Shown: positions 52,966 through 63,923, counted from the stretch's first letter. The stretch: 64,000 nucleotides of DNA from Vicinamibacteria bacterium (GCA_963832135.1 CAWHTD010000026.1:252453-316452); one strand, 5' to 3'. Made by a program: numbers and translations. Notes: generated by a model not told the origin, from the letters alone.

Positions 52966-53709
52966 TCACCACGTCGCGCGCTGCATATGAGCGACAACCG
53001 GGCTCAGGTCGCCTGCTGATGCCTGCGACACGAGCACGTACGTCCTATTATGCCGCGACCAGACGCGCGCGTCCTGGCCGAAGACATGAACCGTGGCGGC
53101 CGACCGGGTGTCGCCGGGCACCATGTAGAGCGAGACCGATTCGCCCTTCCAGGAGTAGAGAATGTGCGCCGTTCGGCCCTCCCCCGAGAGACAACGCCGC
53201 GCCTCGATCAGGCGAAGGCCGATGGCGGGGCTCCCGGCCGGCACCGGCGTGTCGAGGCCGTAGCGCACACGCAGCAGCTCGCCGACGCCCGCCGGATCGA
53301 GCCCGCCGCGATTCGCCGCCGTCAAGAAGCACTTGACGTGATCTGCCGCAAGCTGTGCTGCCAGCACCGTGGTCGAGCCCTGTGTGAGCATCGCCAGGAG
53401 CGCGGCGCCGCACGCCAGGACGAGAACCGTCGCCACCGCGAGTTGACGCCACGTCCGCCCTGTCGGTACGGCCGCGGGAGGCAGGCCCGACAGTTTCGCG
53501 CGGAGCGACTCGGGCGCGGCGGGTCCCTCCACCAGCGTCGAGCGGCAATGACGCTTGAGCGCCTCGCGTGCCGTGCGCTCGGCGGCGACCCGGCGCTGGC
53601 AGGCGGGACACCGCCGGATGTGCCGATTGACGGCGTCCTGCTCGGACGACGAGGCTTCGGCATCGACGTACGGCGTGACGAGGCGATGTACCTCTCGACA
53701 GCAGGTCAT
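52966..53709 (-). CDS. Anti-sigma factor (zf-HC2 type, single TM)
   Basis: ATG 53709. C-x..H...C..C pattern (..VNRHIRRCPACQRR..), a central TM segment and a periplasmic domain. Confidence 0.7.
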   Translation of the reverse strand: MTCCREVHRLVTPYVDAEASSSEQDAVNRHIRRCPACQRRVAAERTAREALKRHCRSTLVEGPAAPESLRAKLSGLPPAAVPTGRTWRQLAVATVLVLACGAALLAMLTQGSTTVLAAQLAADHVKCFLTAANRGGLDPAGVGELLRVRYGLDTPVPAGSPAIGLRLIEARRCLSGEGRTAHILYSWKGESVSLYMVPGDTRSAATVHVFGQDARVWSRHNRTYVLVSQASAGDLSPVVAHMQRATW

Positions 53710-53731
53710 GCGAATCAGAATTCCCACGACG

Positions 53732-54319
53732 CTACCCTTGGCCCGAGGCCTCGACCGCCGAGACGGCGGCCGTACGGGCCGTGAGGAATTCGTACAACAG
53801 GTGCCTGCCGCGCGAAATCCGCGACATGACCGTCCCGAGCGGGACGGCAAGAATGCGCGCGATTTCGGCGTAACTGAATTCCTCGACGTCCCGAAGCCAG
53901 ACCGCCTCCCGAAACGACGCCGGCATCCGATCGAGGGCCGCCTTGAGGTCGACATCCAGGGCGGCCCTGAGGAGCAGCTCTTCGGGACTGGCCGCCTCGG
54001 CTGCGGTATCCGCCGCGTGCTCGACGCGCTCGCTGTCCACTTCGACCGGGTCGCGCCCGGCGTCGCGGCGCCGATTCCGCCACGTGTTCATCAGGATGGT
54101 GAACAGCCATGCCCGCAGGTTCGTTCCCGGTTCGAAGCGCGCCCGGGACCGGAAGGCCTTCACGAACGTGTCCTGGACCAGATCCTCCGCCTCGACGGTG
54201 CTGCGCGTCACCCTGAGCGCGGCTCTGTAGAGCGCGTCGAGCTCGCCGAGCGCTTCGGTCTCGAATGCGCCGGGATCGTCGGACGGCGGGGGGCGTGGTG
54301 GGAAACGCAGCACGTGCAT
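53732..54319 (-). CDS. ECF-type RNA polymerase sigma factor
   Basis: ATG 54319. Region 2 (..AEDLVQDTFVKAF....F......AWLFTILMN..) and region 4 (..SYAEIARILAVPLGTVMSRISRGR). Confidence 0.85.
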   Translation of the reverse strand: MHVLRFPPRPPPSDDPGAFETEALGELDALYRAALRVTRSTVEAEDLVQDTFVKAFRSRARFEPGTNLRAWLFTILMNTWRNRRRDAGRDPVEVDSERVEHAADTAAEAASPEELLLRAALDVDLKAALDRMPASFREAVWLRDVEEFSYAEIARILAVPLGTVMSRISRGRHLLYEFLTARTAAVSAVEASGQG

Positions 54320-54669
54320 GTCGACGCGAACCTTGCAGTGTGGAACCCCACACGATGGGCGCGTATTCCCGAAAGTATAGCCCTCCGGCGGCCGCGAGAT
54401 CTGTCTCCTCGCGAGGCCGCCGCTCCTCCCCCGGTGACAGCGGCATCCCCGTCTGGCCGGCCGCGCCACAGGGGAAAGCCGCCGCTCGTCAAAGGTACGT
54501 TCCTTGCGTTTGGCGGCGGGAGATTCTTGGGAGGCGGGGGCACCCGCGCCGACAACGACCGTCGCGCGCGCGCGACGGTCGTCGATTGCGGGCCTCATCC
54601 TACTCACGTTAAGATGCCAGCACCCCCGGATGTAAGTTGGCTCCGGTGACAGCCCGCGAGGAGACTCCT

Positions 54670-57600
54670 ATGCGCACGCGCACGCGGCGCGACCTGGCTG
54701 GGCGTCTCGTTGGCGCGGTGGCAGCGCTTATTGCGCTGGCCACGGCGGCAACGACGCACGCACAGACGCCCTTTTTTCCGTACCACGGCAAGAACCAGAT
54801 CCGCTACGACAACTTCCGGTGGTACACGTACACCACCGATCACTTCGACAATCTATTACTACCCCGAGACCGAGCAGCACCTGGAACGCATCGCAGGCTA
54901 TGCGGAGAGCGCCTACCAGCAGATCTCGGCGGATCTGAAGCACGATCTGGCGTTCAAGGTCCCGCTCATCATCTTCAAGACGAGCGCGGAGTTCCAGGAG
55001 CAGAACGTCATCCCGGGCGCCGCGCAGGAGGGGGTCGGTGCGTTTGCCGAGCCGTATCGCGACCGCATGGTGCTCCCGATCGACGAGCCGCCGGATCTTC
55101 TGTATCGCCTCATCGTCCACGAGCTGACGCACATCTTCGAGTTCGACGTCATTCCCGCAGTCGCTCATCCGCCGCAGCGTGCCGTTGTGGGTGAACGAGG
55201 GTCTTTCCGACTACATGACCGGCTATTGGCGTCCGGCCGACCTGATGACGGTCCGCGACGCCGCCGTGGCCGACATCGTCCCGAAGATGTCCGATCTCGA
55301 AGGCTATGGAGGCTTCAGCAATCCTCGACTCATTTACAACCTTGGACACGCCGTCTTCGAGTTCATCGAGTCGAAGTGGGGTAAGGAGGGGCTGCGCCAG
55401 TTCCTGTTCGCCCTGCGCAAGAGCGTCATTGGCGGGGGCGAGGATGCCTACGAAGAGGCGTTCAAGCTGAAGCCCGAGGAATTCGATCAGCAGTTCGAGA
55501 AGTACTTGAAGGATCGGTTCAAGCCGTTCCGCGACAAGGAGCGCCCCGCCGACTACGGACGCGACCTGGGCCCCAACCCGCAGAAGACGAAATACACGAC
55601 GGTCATTTCCATCGAGCCGTCGCCGTCGGGCGACCTCATTGCGGCCATCGCCGGGAACCGCAAGGACAGCGAGATCGATCTCGTCGCTCCTCTCGGCCAA
55701 GGATGGCTCGGTCATCCGCAATCTGACGAACGGCTTCGACCAGAGCAAGGGCTGGGCGTACATCACCTACCCGGGCAGCCGCTACATTCAGGTGGCCTGG
55801 ATGTCCTGGTCGCCGAAGGGCGATCGCATCGCGTATTTCGTGCGCACCGAAAAGGAGCGCGCGCTGATTCTGCAAAACGTCGTGACCGGCGAGATCGAGC
55901 AGCGCTTCCCGATGAAGACCGTCGACGAGCCCGAGTCGCCGGCGATTGCGCCGGACGGCAAGCACGTCGTCTTCTCGGGTCTGTCTGGCGCCGTCGGCGA
56001 TCTGTTCATGATCGACACCGACACGGGCAAGGTCGAGAACCTGACGAAGGACGCCTTCGCCGACTATGGTCCGACGTTCTCGCCCGACGGCAAGTATCTG
56101 ATCTACATGGCGCGCATCAGCGGGAACGAAAAGCTGTTCAGGCTGGATCTGGACACCAGGAAGAAGACCCAGATCACGTTCGGCACGCACGACGATGCGC
56201 AGGCCAAGTTCATCGATGATCACACCCTGGTGTTCGCCTCGACGGCGGTGAACCCGACGCAGCCGCTCGAGCCCGAAGTGGCGAAAAACGGCAACATCTT
56301 CAACATCTGGACGCTCGACATGAAGACGGGCGAGCTGCGGCAATACACCGACGCCGTGGCGGGCAATGCGTGCCCCGTCGTGCTGAACGGGGAGAAGGGG
56401 TCGCGCATCGCCTTCGTGACGTACTTCAAGGGCGAGTTCGGCGTGCATACACTCGAGCGCAAGGAGCCGCTGCAGACGGCGCTCGTCAGCGACTTCGGCG
56501 AGGGCGGCTCGGGCCTCACCGACTTCCAGGCGCCGCTCACCCACACGCTGGTCGCGGAGAACAAGAAGAAGAAGGGCGCGTTCGAAAAACTGTTCCTCGA
56601 GGGCCGGCCGCCGGTGAACGTCGGCGTCACGAGCGGCGGCGACATCTTCGGCGGAACGCAGATCACGTTCAGCGATGTGCTCGGCGACAAGCAGTTCAAC
56701 TTCTTCGCGGCGTCGATTTCGCAGTACAGGACGCTTGTCTGGTTCATTCGTGAATCTCTCGCGGCGGTTCCAATACGCCATCCAGGGGTATTCGCAAACC
56801 GAATTCTTCTACGGTCAGCTTGGCAACGTTTTCTACGACCCGTCGTTGTCGCCGATCATCGACCGCGATCTGGCGCTGGCCACGCGGACGTCGCAGGGCG
56901 GCAGCGTCTTCGGCATCTGGCCGTTCAACCGGTATCGGCGCATCGAGGTCTCGGCGGGCATCGTGAACTTCAAGGAAGAGTTCGAGCGATCCGGGCCTGG
57001 AGCAGTACTCCCAGGAGTATCAGGAGCAGGTCTACGGCCAGCAGCTGTTCAACAACGGCGTCGCGGTCCCGTTCGGGATCTCCTACGTGCAGGAGACGAC
57101 TGTCTTCCGCGAGTTCGGACCGCTGGCCGGGAACACGATGCGGATCAGTTATGAGGTGGCGCCGAAAATCGGCGACACCCTGTCGCGACAGAGCGTCGAC
57201 GCGGACCTGCGGTACTACAAGCGACTGGGAGGCTCGGGGCTGCTGGCCTTCCGCGGGCGCGGGATTCAAGAGCTGGGGCGACGCGCCGTCGTTCAACTAC
57301 TTCGGCGGGAACTCCGACCTGCGCGGATACGAGTATCTCCAGTTCATCGGCAACAACACGTTCTACGGCAACGCGGAGCTGCGCTTCCCGCTCATCGAGG
57401 CCATGCTCACGCCCATCGGCATCCTCGGCGGCGTGCGCGGCGTGTTCTTCGCTGGCGCCGGCGGCGCGTTCTTCAACAATCAGTCGTTCAAGTTCTGGGA
57501 GAACAAGACGCTCACGGGTTTCAAGCCAATCACGGGATATAACGTGGATCCAGTCACGGGCGATGTGACGCCTATCGAGGGGCCGCCGCTCGACATCACC

Positions 57601-57798
57601 GGCTTCCGGCTGGTCGACGGCCGCGCATCCTACGGGTTTGGTCTCGAAACGTTCGCCCTCGGCTTCCCCATTCACTTCGACTGGGCGTGGCGTACGCTCT
57701 TCAACAAGAGCTGGGAAGACGCGCTGTTCGCCGCCAACGGTGGAAGCGAAGAATTCCGCCGACCGCAGTTCAAAGTGTGGGTGGGGTACGATTTCTGA
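54670..57798 (+). pseudogene. Outer-membrane fusion protein: HExxH gluzincin-like domain + TolB-like beta-propeller + Omp85/surface-antigen barrel, interrupted by six +1 frameshifts
   Basis: ATG after GAGGAG, then a signal peptide (..TTHAQT). The frames run 1>2>3>1>2>3>1 and join seamlessly. Junctions: HFD|IYYYPE (~54850), FDVIP|QSLIRR (~55157), EIDLV|LLSAKDG (~55687), QYRTL|SGSFVNL (~56738), KEEFE|DPGLEQY (~56987), LLAFR..|..FKSWGD (57250-57264). Motifs: VHELTHIF + WVNEGLSDY; SPDGKHVVF, FSPDGKYLIY; C-terminal ..FGGNSDLRGYEY..KVWVGYDF. Confidence 0.75.
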
Positions 57799-57803
57799 CG
57801 CTT

Positions 57804-57901
57804 GAGGTTTGCGAGGTTCGTCGGGGCTGTCAGGTTAATCAGGTTGGCGGCGTCGCCGAACCCGCCAGCCTGACCAGCCTGGCCAACCTGACCAACCAGG
57901 G
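57804..57901. repeat. AGGTT/AACCT-word inverted repeat between convergent genes
   Basis: The left arm has GAGGTT..GAGGTT..CAGGTTAATCAGGTTGGCGG. The right arm is CCGCCAGCCTGACCAGCCTGGCCAACCTGACCAACC. AACCTGACCAACC (57885-57897) is identical to 4548-4560. Confidence 0.8.
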
Positions 57902-57912
57902 TCCTTCGCGTT

Positions 57913-58602
57913 CTACTTCCTGTCAAAGTACTGCAAGTACGACGCGAGCGCGCCCTGATAGTGGCGCAGCATCGTGGCGGCCGTGCGCGAGGCGTCGCGT
58001 GCCTGGAGCGCGGCCATCAGTTCCTGGTGTTCGCTTTGCGCCTGGAGCACGCGAGGCACCAGGACGCCATTGAAGAAGAAGCGGCGGATCCGGTCCCATC
58101 GATCGAGCGCCTGCTCGTTGCCCTGCCGCAGCAGCCCCAGGCCTGGCAGGGCGCCAATCGTCGCATGGAACTGGGTGTTCAGATCGGCCCACGTTTCATA
58201 GGCGCCCGTTGCGACAGCGTCGTCCATGGCGCTCACCATGCCTGACAGATCGTTCAAGGCTTCTTCGCTGGCCTCGGCCGCCGCCAGCCGCCCCGCCACC
58301 ACTTGAAGTCCCTCGAGCACGCTGAACACGTCGACCACGGATTCGCGCGAGAGCGAGGCGACCGCCGCGCCGACGTGCGGCACCATCGTGACGAGGCCCT
58401 CGGACTGTAAGGTCTGAAGGGCCTCGCGCACCGGGATCGTGCTGACGTTCAGACGACGCGCGATGTCCTCGATGATCAGCCGCTGATCCGGTTGGAGCTC
58501 GCACGTGAGGATAGCGTCGCGCACGGCGCGATACACGAGTTCCTGCTTGGTCCGGTACATCGCCGGCCGGGGAGTGTGGAGCGCTTTGTGGGAGGTTGTC
58601 AT
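57913..58602 (-). CDS. GntR-family transcriptional regulator (FadR/FCD subfamily)
   Basis: ATG 58602. wHTH (..LIIEDIARRLNVSTIPVREALQ.L..EGLV) followed by an all-helical FCD-like domain. Confidence 0.85.
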   Translation of the reverse strand: MTTSHKALHTPRPAMYRTKQELVYRAVRDAILTCELQPDQRLIIEDIARRLNVSTIPVREALQTLQSEGLVTMVPHVGAAVASLSRESVVDVFSVLEGLQVVAGRLAAAEASEEALNDLSGMVSAMDDAVATGAYETWADLNTQFHATIGALPGLGLLRQGNEQALDRWDRIRRFFFNGVLVPRVLQAQSEHQELMAALQARDASRTAATMLRHYQGALASYLQYFDRK

Positions 58603-58660
58603 GGTCCTGGAGGCCCCGCCGCGGGCGACTGCGTGGGCTGCCCAATTATGCCTGGGATAT

Positions 58661-58690
58661 TTGAAGTGGACTGGCCAAATATGATATATG
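58661..58690 (+). promoter_or_regulatory. Possible promoter for the TonB-dependent receptor gene
   Basis: TTGAAG (58661-58666), 17-18 nt spacer ending in TG, then ATATAT/TATATG (58684-58690). Lies in the lower-GC divergent region shared with the GntR gene. Confidence 0.3.
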
Positions 58691-58798
58691 CCCTGTTGCA
58701 CTTCGCAAAGTCCCGACCTCAAGTGCGTTTCTTCCCAATTGGTAAGGCAAGTTGCGCCACCGGTGTTGACCACTAGACGAGCACAAAGGGAGACGAAC

Positions 58799-61700
58799 AT
58801 GGATAGTCGCGCGGGGACCACTAGCATCCGAGCCGCGGGTGCGTTGCTGCTGGGCGTGGCACTGCTTCTCGGAGTCCAGCCTCGCATGGCGGCTGCTCAA
58901 GCCGTCACGGGGACCATTCTCGGGACCGTCACTGATTCTACCGGAGCCGTGGTCGGCGGAGCCAAGGTCACGGTGACAAATGTGGACACCGGCCGTTCGC
59001 GCACGGTCACCAGCGACGCGGCGGGCGAATACACCGTCCCCCAGGTTCCAACCGGCAATTACACCGTCCTGGCCGAGATGACGGGCTTCAAGGCCACCGC
59101 CCTCTCGAACATCCAGCTCGGCGTCGACCAGCGGGTCCGTATCGACGTGACGCTTGAAGTTGGGCAGATGACCGAGTCGGTCACCATCGAGGCGAGCACC
59201 CCGCTCCTCCAGACCTCGTCGTCTGAACTGGGCACGACCGTCACCGACGAGCAGATCAAGCAACTGCCGCTCAACGGCCGCAATTTCGTTTCGCTTGACC
59301 CGTACCGTGCCCGGCGTCCTGCGTGGCATCCCCGGATCGAACATCGACGGCGCCGGCAGCCTGGCCTGGCGCGCGTCGGCGTCGTTCTCGGCCAATGGCC
59401 AGCGTTCGCGCGACAACAACTACATGCTCGACGGCGTCGACAACAACGAGACCTGGCTGCAGACAGTCGTGCTTTTCCCCAGCGTGGATTCGCTCGACGA
59501 GTTCAAGTTGCAGACCAGCACCTACTCGGCAGAGTTCGGCCGCTCCCTCGGCGGCGTCGTCAACCTGCAGATCAAGTCGGGCACGAACACGCTGCACGGC
59601 AGCGCCTACGAGTTCCTGCGCAACGACGCTCTCGACGCGAACAACTTCTTCAACAACCGCGCCGGCCGCGACAAGCCCGATTTCAGCCAGCACCAGTTCG
59701 GCGGGACGCTTGGCGGCGCGATCTTCAAGGACCGGACGTTCTTCTTTGGCGACTATCAGGGCCATCGCGAGAAGCAGGGGCAGACGTTCCTGTCGAACGT
59801 GCCGTCGATGAAGATGCGCCAGGGCGATTTCTCCGAGCTCACCCGCGTCATCTACGACCCGCAGAGCGGCCTGCCCTTCCCGGGCAACGTCATTCCTGTT
59901 GACCGCTGGGACGACGCATCGAATGCCATTCTCGAACAGCTCTACCCCGAGCCCAACGCCGCGGGATCCGTCGGCAGCTTCGGGCAGCCAATCAACAACT
60001 ACCTGATCAACCCGATCAAGGAACGGCAGGACAATCAGTTCGACGTCAAGGTCGATCACAACCTCTCGAGCGCGAACCGCTTCTTCGGCGCGCTACAGCT
60101 ACGAGAAAACTCATCGCCTCCAGCCGGCAACGCTGCCGCACGGCGACAACGGCGCGACGTTCGGCGCGGGTGATGGCAATATCAAGGCCCAGGGCTTCGC
60201 GTTCAACGACACCCACAGCTTCGGGAGCAACTGGTTGAACGAGGCGCGCTTCGGCTGGACGTCGATCAAGTTCAACATGACCTCGATCGACTTTGGCGAG
60301 AACCTGGCGCAGGCCGTCGGCATCCCCGGCATCAAACCTCACCTGCAACGTCGGCGATGACGCAGATGGATTTCCAGAACATCCGCGATCTCGGCGCCAA
60401 CAGCAACCAGCCCCTGATCACGAACCAGAACGACTTCCAGATCTTCGACAACGTGACCTGGATCAAGGGCCGCCACACGCTCAAGACGGGCGGCAGCCTG
60501 ACGTTGAGGTCGCGCGAGATCCTGAACGCCGACAACATCGTCGGACAGTTCCAGTTCAACAACAACCAGACCTCGAACTGCGCGGGAAAGCCGAGCACCT
60601 GCACGCTCGACGCCAACACCGGCTTCGACGTGGCGAGTTTTCTACTCGGCCACGCTTTCCAGAAGATCCGCAACCTCTCGGGAATCACGGCATCGGGAGA
60701 AATCCAGACCTACACCGAGAAGCGTCCCGAGTTCTCCGTGTACGTGCAGGACGACTGGCGCGCCTCGAGCAAACTGACATTCAACCTGGGGCTCCGCTGG
60801 GACGTGTATCCACCGTGGCTCGAGGTGGACAACCGCCAGTCGAACTTCGACGAGACCACGGGCCTTTTCGTCGTGGCTTCTGACGACGCGGAGATTGGCG
60901 GCGTGCATGTCGGCCGCCGGCTGCAGACGTACTCGAAGGGTGACGTCGGTCCCCGCCTCGGGTTCGCGTACGACTTCAAGGGCGACGGCCGCACCCTCGT
61001 TCGCGGTGGGTTCGGCGTCTTCTGGAACTTCACGCCAGGCGGCACCTCTTCGTCGAAGGCGCAGAACCAGCCGTTCCTGCAATCGCTTGCGATCCAGCCG
61101 ACCCCGGTGTCGTCGACTGGCGTGAACGTGATTGTGAGCGACGGCCTGCCGACCCCGGCCGGCGTCGATCCGAACACGCCGCCGACGGGCAACACGCGAT
61201 CGATTTTCGATCGCGATTTTCGCGACGGCTATGCGCGGAACTGGAACATCAACGTCCAGCGTGCGATTGGCGCCAACTACATGGTGGAGGCCGCCTACGT
61301 CGGATCGCAGAGCCGCGACATGGTCATAAAGGTGGACATCAACCAGGCGCCTGCCACGGTTGGCGTCAGCGATTCGAACGTCAACCGGCCGTTCATCGGC
61401 ATCACGCCGGGCATGCGGCAGATCAGCCAGTCGCAGTCCGTCGGAACCATCGATTACAACGGCCTGCTGCTGAAGTTCCAGCGCCGCTTCGCCAACAACT
61501 TCTCGTTCCTCAACAGCTACACGTTCGGGAAGTCGATGGACATCGCGTCCGACAACGAGGCGGGACTGACGAACAACTACGACGTGGTCGGCTATCATCA
61601 CGCGCGGTCGGAGTACGACGTGCGACACACGTTCAGCTCGAGCGTGATCTACGAGGTGCCGTGGGCCCGCGAGCGCATTTACGGCGGCTGGCAGGTCAAC

Positions 61701-62159
61701 GGCATCGTGTTCCTCCGCTCGGGCCTGCCGTTCACGGTGGTACAGACGCAGAACGTGCGTTCGACCAACACGGGGAACCGTCCCGACCGCATCTGTGACG
61801 GAAAACTCGACAACCCTACCGTCGAGAAGTGGTTCGACACATCGTGCTTCGTCGCGCCGACGGACACGACCGGCACCTACGGCAACGCCGGACGCAACAT
61901 CCTGGAGGGGCCGGGACAGTTCAACATCGACGCCTCGCTCATCAAGAACACGAAGATCGGACGGATCAACACCGAGATCCGCATCGAGGCGTTCAACCTG
62001 CTGAACCACGCGCAGTTCGCCAACCCGGTCAACAACATCGGCAATCAACTGGGCAACGCGTCGTTCGGTCAACTCACCCAGATGCTTTCGAACCCCTCGT
62101 GCTCGCTCTGCGGCACGATCGAACGGCAGGTGCAAATCGGTCTGAAGATGCGGTTCTAA
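58799..62159 (+). pseudogene. TonB-dependent receptor (CarboxypepD_reg-type N-terminus) interrupted by four +1 frameshifts
   Basis: ATG after AAGGGAG, then a signal peptide. ..GTILGTVTDSTGAVVGGAKVTVTNVDTG..; C-terminal ..QVQIGLKMRF. Frame joins at ~59297 (NFVSL|TRTVPGV), ~60090 (RFFG|RYSYEK), and ~60334 and ~60356 (GIPGI|NLTCNVG|MTQMDF). Confidence 0.8.
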
Positions 62160-62175
62160 GGAAGGCTACAGGCTG

Positions 62176-62219
62176 AAAAAGGGCCGGCTCCTCCGAGGGA
62201 GCCGGCCCTTTTTCTTTCC
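62176..62219 (+). terminator. Rho-independent terminator (bidirectional-looking)
   Basis: AAAAA + GGGCCGGCTCC (62181-62191), loop TCCGAG, GGAGCCGGCCC (62198-62208) + TTTTTCTTTCC. This is the only canonical stem plus T-tract I found in the window. Confidence 0.85.
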
Positions 62220-62326
62220 AAGGGTCAGGGCGGAGTGTAGTTGGGGTGCAGCTCAACGCGGAGATTCATCCGAGCGCGGTGTGGTCGGTAGCCTGTAGTC
62301 TGAAGCCTCTCTGTATACTCGCGCAC

Positions 62327-62803
62327 ATGGCCCACGCGCGAACGCCGACAGCGTCGCTCACCGAGACGGTGCAGTTCGTCCTGCCAAACGACGCGAACCC
62401 GCTCGGGTTCATCCTCGGCGGAGCGGTGATGCACCTCATCGACATTGCGGGAGCGATTGTCGCCAATCGCCACACGCGATCGCAGGTCGTCACGGCGTCG
62501 GTCGACGATCTGCAGTTCCTTCATCCGGTGAAGGTCGGCGACATGATCATCCTGAGGGCGTGGATGAACGCGGCGTTCAACACGTCGATGGAGGTGGAAG
62601 TCGAGGTCTTCTCGGAGGAGGCGTTGACCGGACGGCGTCAGCTCACGAGCCGCGCGTATCTGACGTTCGTCGCTGTCGACAAAGACGGTCACCCGCAGGC
62701 CGTACCCGCACTCGCGCTCGAGACCGACGAGGAGCGAGCGCGGGCAGCAGCCGCCCGAGCGAGGCGTGAGGAGCGTTTGAGACGGAGATCGCTGACAGCA
62801 TAG
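62327..62803 (+). CDS. Acyl-CoA thioesterase (hotdog fold, YciA-like)
   Basis: ATG 62327. ..PNDANPLGFILGGAVMHLIDIAGA..ASVD.L.F..PV..GD... Confidence 0.8.
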   Translation: MAHARTPTASLTETVQFVLPNDANPLGFILGGAVMHLIDIAGAIVANRHTRSQVVTASVDDLQFLHPVKVGDMIILRAWMNAAFNTSMEVEVEVFSEEALTGRRQLTSRAYLTFVAVDKDGHPQAVPALALETDEERARAAAARARREERLRRRSLTA

Positions 62804-62825
62804 GGGCGCACTGCCGCGCGCCCTA
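62801..62825. repeat. REP-like hairpin (A-type variant) overlapping a TAG stop
   Basis: TAGGGGCGC..GCGCCCTA is an imperfect palindrome. The TAG at 62801-62803 is the thioesterase stop. Confidence 0.55.
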
Positions 62826-63083
62826 CTTCTGGTAGTACTCCGAGTTCTTCTCTGCGAAGTGCTTCCACTTGTCGGGCACTTCGTCGAACGCGAAGATCGC
62901 CTCCACCGGGCACGCTGGAACGCACGCGCCGCAATCGATACACTCGTCGGGATGGATGTAGAGCATTTCGGCCGTCTCGAACGTCGCTTCGTCCTTGCGC
63001 GGGTGGATGCAGTCCACCGGACAGACGTCGACACAGGCCGAGTCCTTGGTCCCGATGCAAGGTTCCGTGATCACGTACGCCAT
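62823..63083 (-). CDS. Ferredoxin (FdxA-like, 2 cluster motifs)
   Basis: ATG 63083 after [32 protein letters not shown] and ..[12 protein letters not shown]. Confidence 0.9.
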   Translation of the reverse strand: MAYVITEPCIGTKDSACVDVCPVDCIHPRKDEATFETAEMLYIHPDECIDCGACVPACPVEAIFAFDEVPDKWKHFAEKNSEYYQK

Positions 63084-63111
63084 TGTCCCTCCTGAAGCCG
63101 CGTGAAGCCCC

Positions 63112-63852
63112 TCACGCGGGAATGTCGACCGACGCGGGGGGTAAGAATCCGAGCCGCCGCGACACCTGTCGCGCCAGTTCCCAGCAGGCGCGATTGACTT
63201 CGGTGACAAGCGGCGTTTCGTCCGATTCGTGCGCGAACGCACCGAGCCGCGCCACTTCCCGCCCGCTGTAGTCCATGACCGGCGCACAGGTGCACCCGAG
63301 CGGCGGCGGCGCGCCAGCGACGGCAGGAGGTCCAAGGCGCGCCATCGCGCTCGATCCGCGCGCCACGTCGCTCGCCCGGTCCAGACGGAGGCAGCTCAGA
63401 CGGCGAGTAGCCTGCGTCGCCGAGAAATAGACCGCACAGTGTGCAGGCATTTCGCGTCCATACACCGTCCGCATCGCGACCTCGTCGGGACCGGCCGCCC
63501 AGACGTAGGTCACTTCATCGGCTGACGGAATCGCCAGGAACGCGCGAAGCCCTGAGCGCAACACGTACTCGCGGAGCACAGGGTAGGCGTGCAGCCGAAT
63601 CTCGGACCTCCCGAGAAAGCGGAAACTCAGATCCAACATCTTGAGCGTCAGCCCGTAACGCTGTGTCTCCTCGTCCTGGCGCACATACCCGCGCCGTTTC
63701 AACACCGCCAACAGCCGATGGACCGTTGGCGGCGGGAGGCCGAGCGTCTTCGACAGATCTCCCACGCTTGCGCCCCGCGGTGCGCGGCTGAGGGCTTCAC
63801 AGACCTCGAGGGCCTTGTCGATTGACGTGCTGGACACGAGCGCTCCAGCCAT
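63112..63852 (-). CDS. IclR-family transcriptional regulator
   Basis: N-terminal wHTH (..[21 protein letters not shown]...GYV) and a C-terminal IclR effector-like domain. Confidence 0.85.
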   Translation of the reverse strand: MAGALVSSTSIDKALEVCEALSRAPRGASVGDLSKTLGLPPPTVHRLLAVLKRRGYVRQDEETQRYGLTLKMLDLSFRFLGRSEIRLHAYPVLREYVLRSGLRAFLAIPSADEVTYVWAAGPDEVAMRTVYGREMPAHCAVYFSATQATRRLSCLRLDRASDVARGSSAMARLGPPAVAGAPPPLGCTCAPVMDYSGREVARLGAFAHESDETPLVTEVNRACWELARQVSRRLGFLPPASVDIPA

Positions 63853-63923
63853 TCCACATAGCGGAACGGCGTTTCAAATAGCGTATTGTCTGGACGAAAG
63901 AGAGTCAAGCGACTCAATGGCAA

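Noticed and set aside
54850-60356. Programmed +1 ribosomal frameshifting to explain the shifted frames.
   Set aside because: There are ten sites in two genes with no shared slippery or stall motif, and different codon contexts. This is far more than in any known programmed case. Insertion errors or decay are more parsimonious.
62314-62327. Leaderless transcript for the thioesterase gene from a TATACT box at 62314-62319.
   Set aside because: There is no acceptable -35 element or properly spaced extended -10. The evidence is too thin to annotate.
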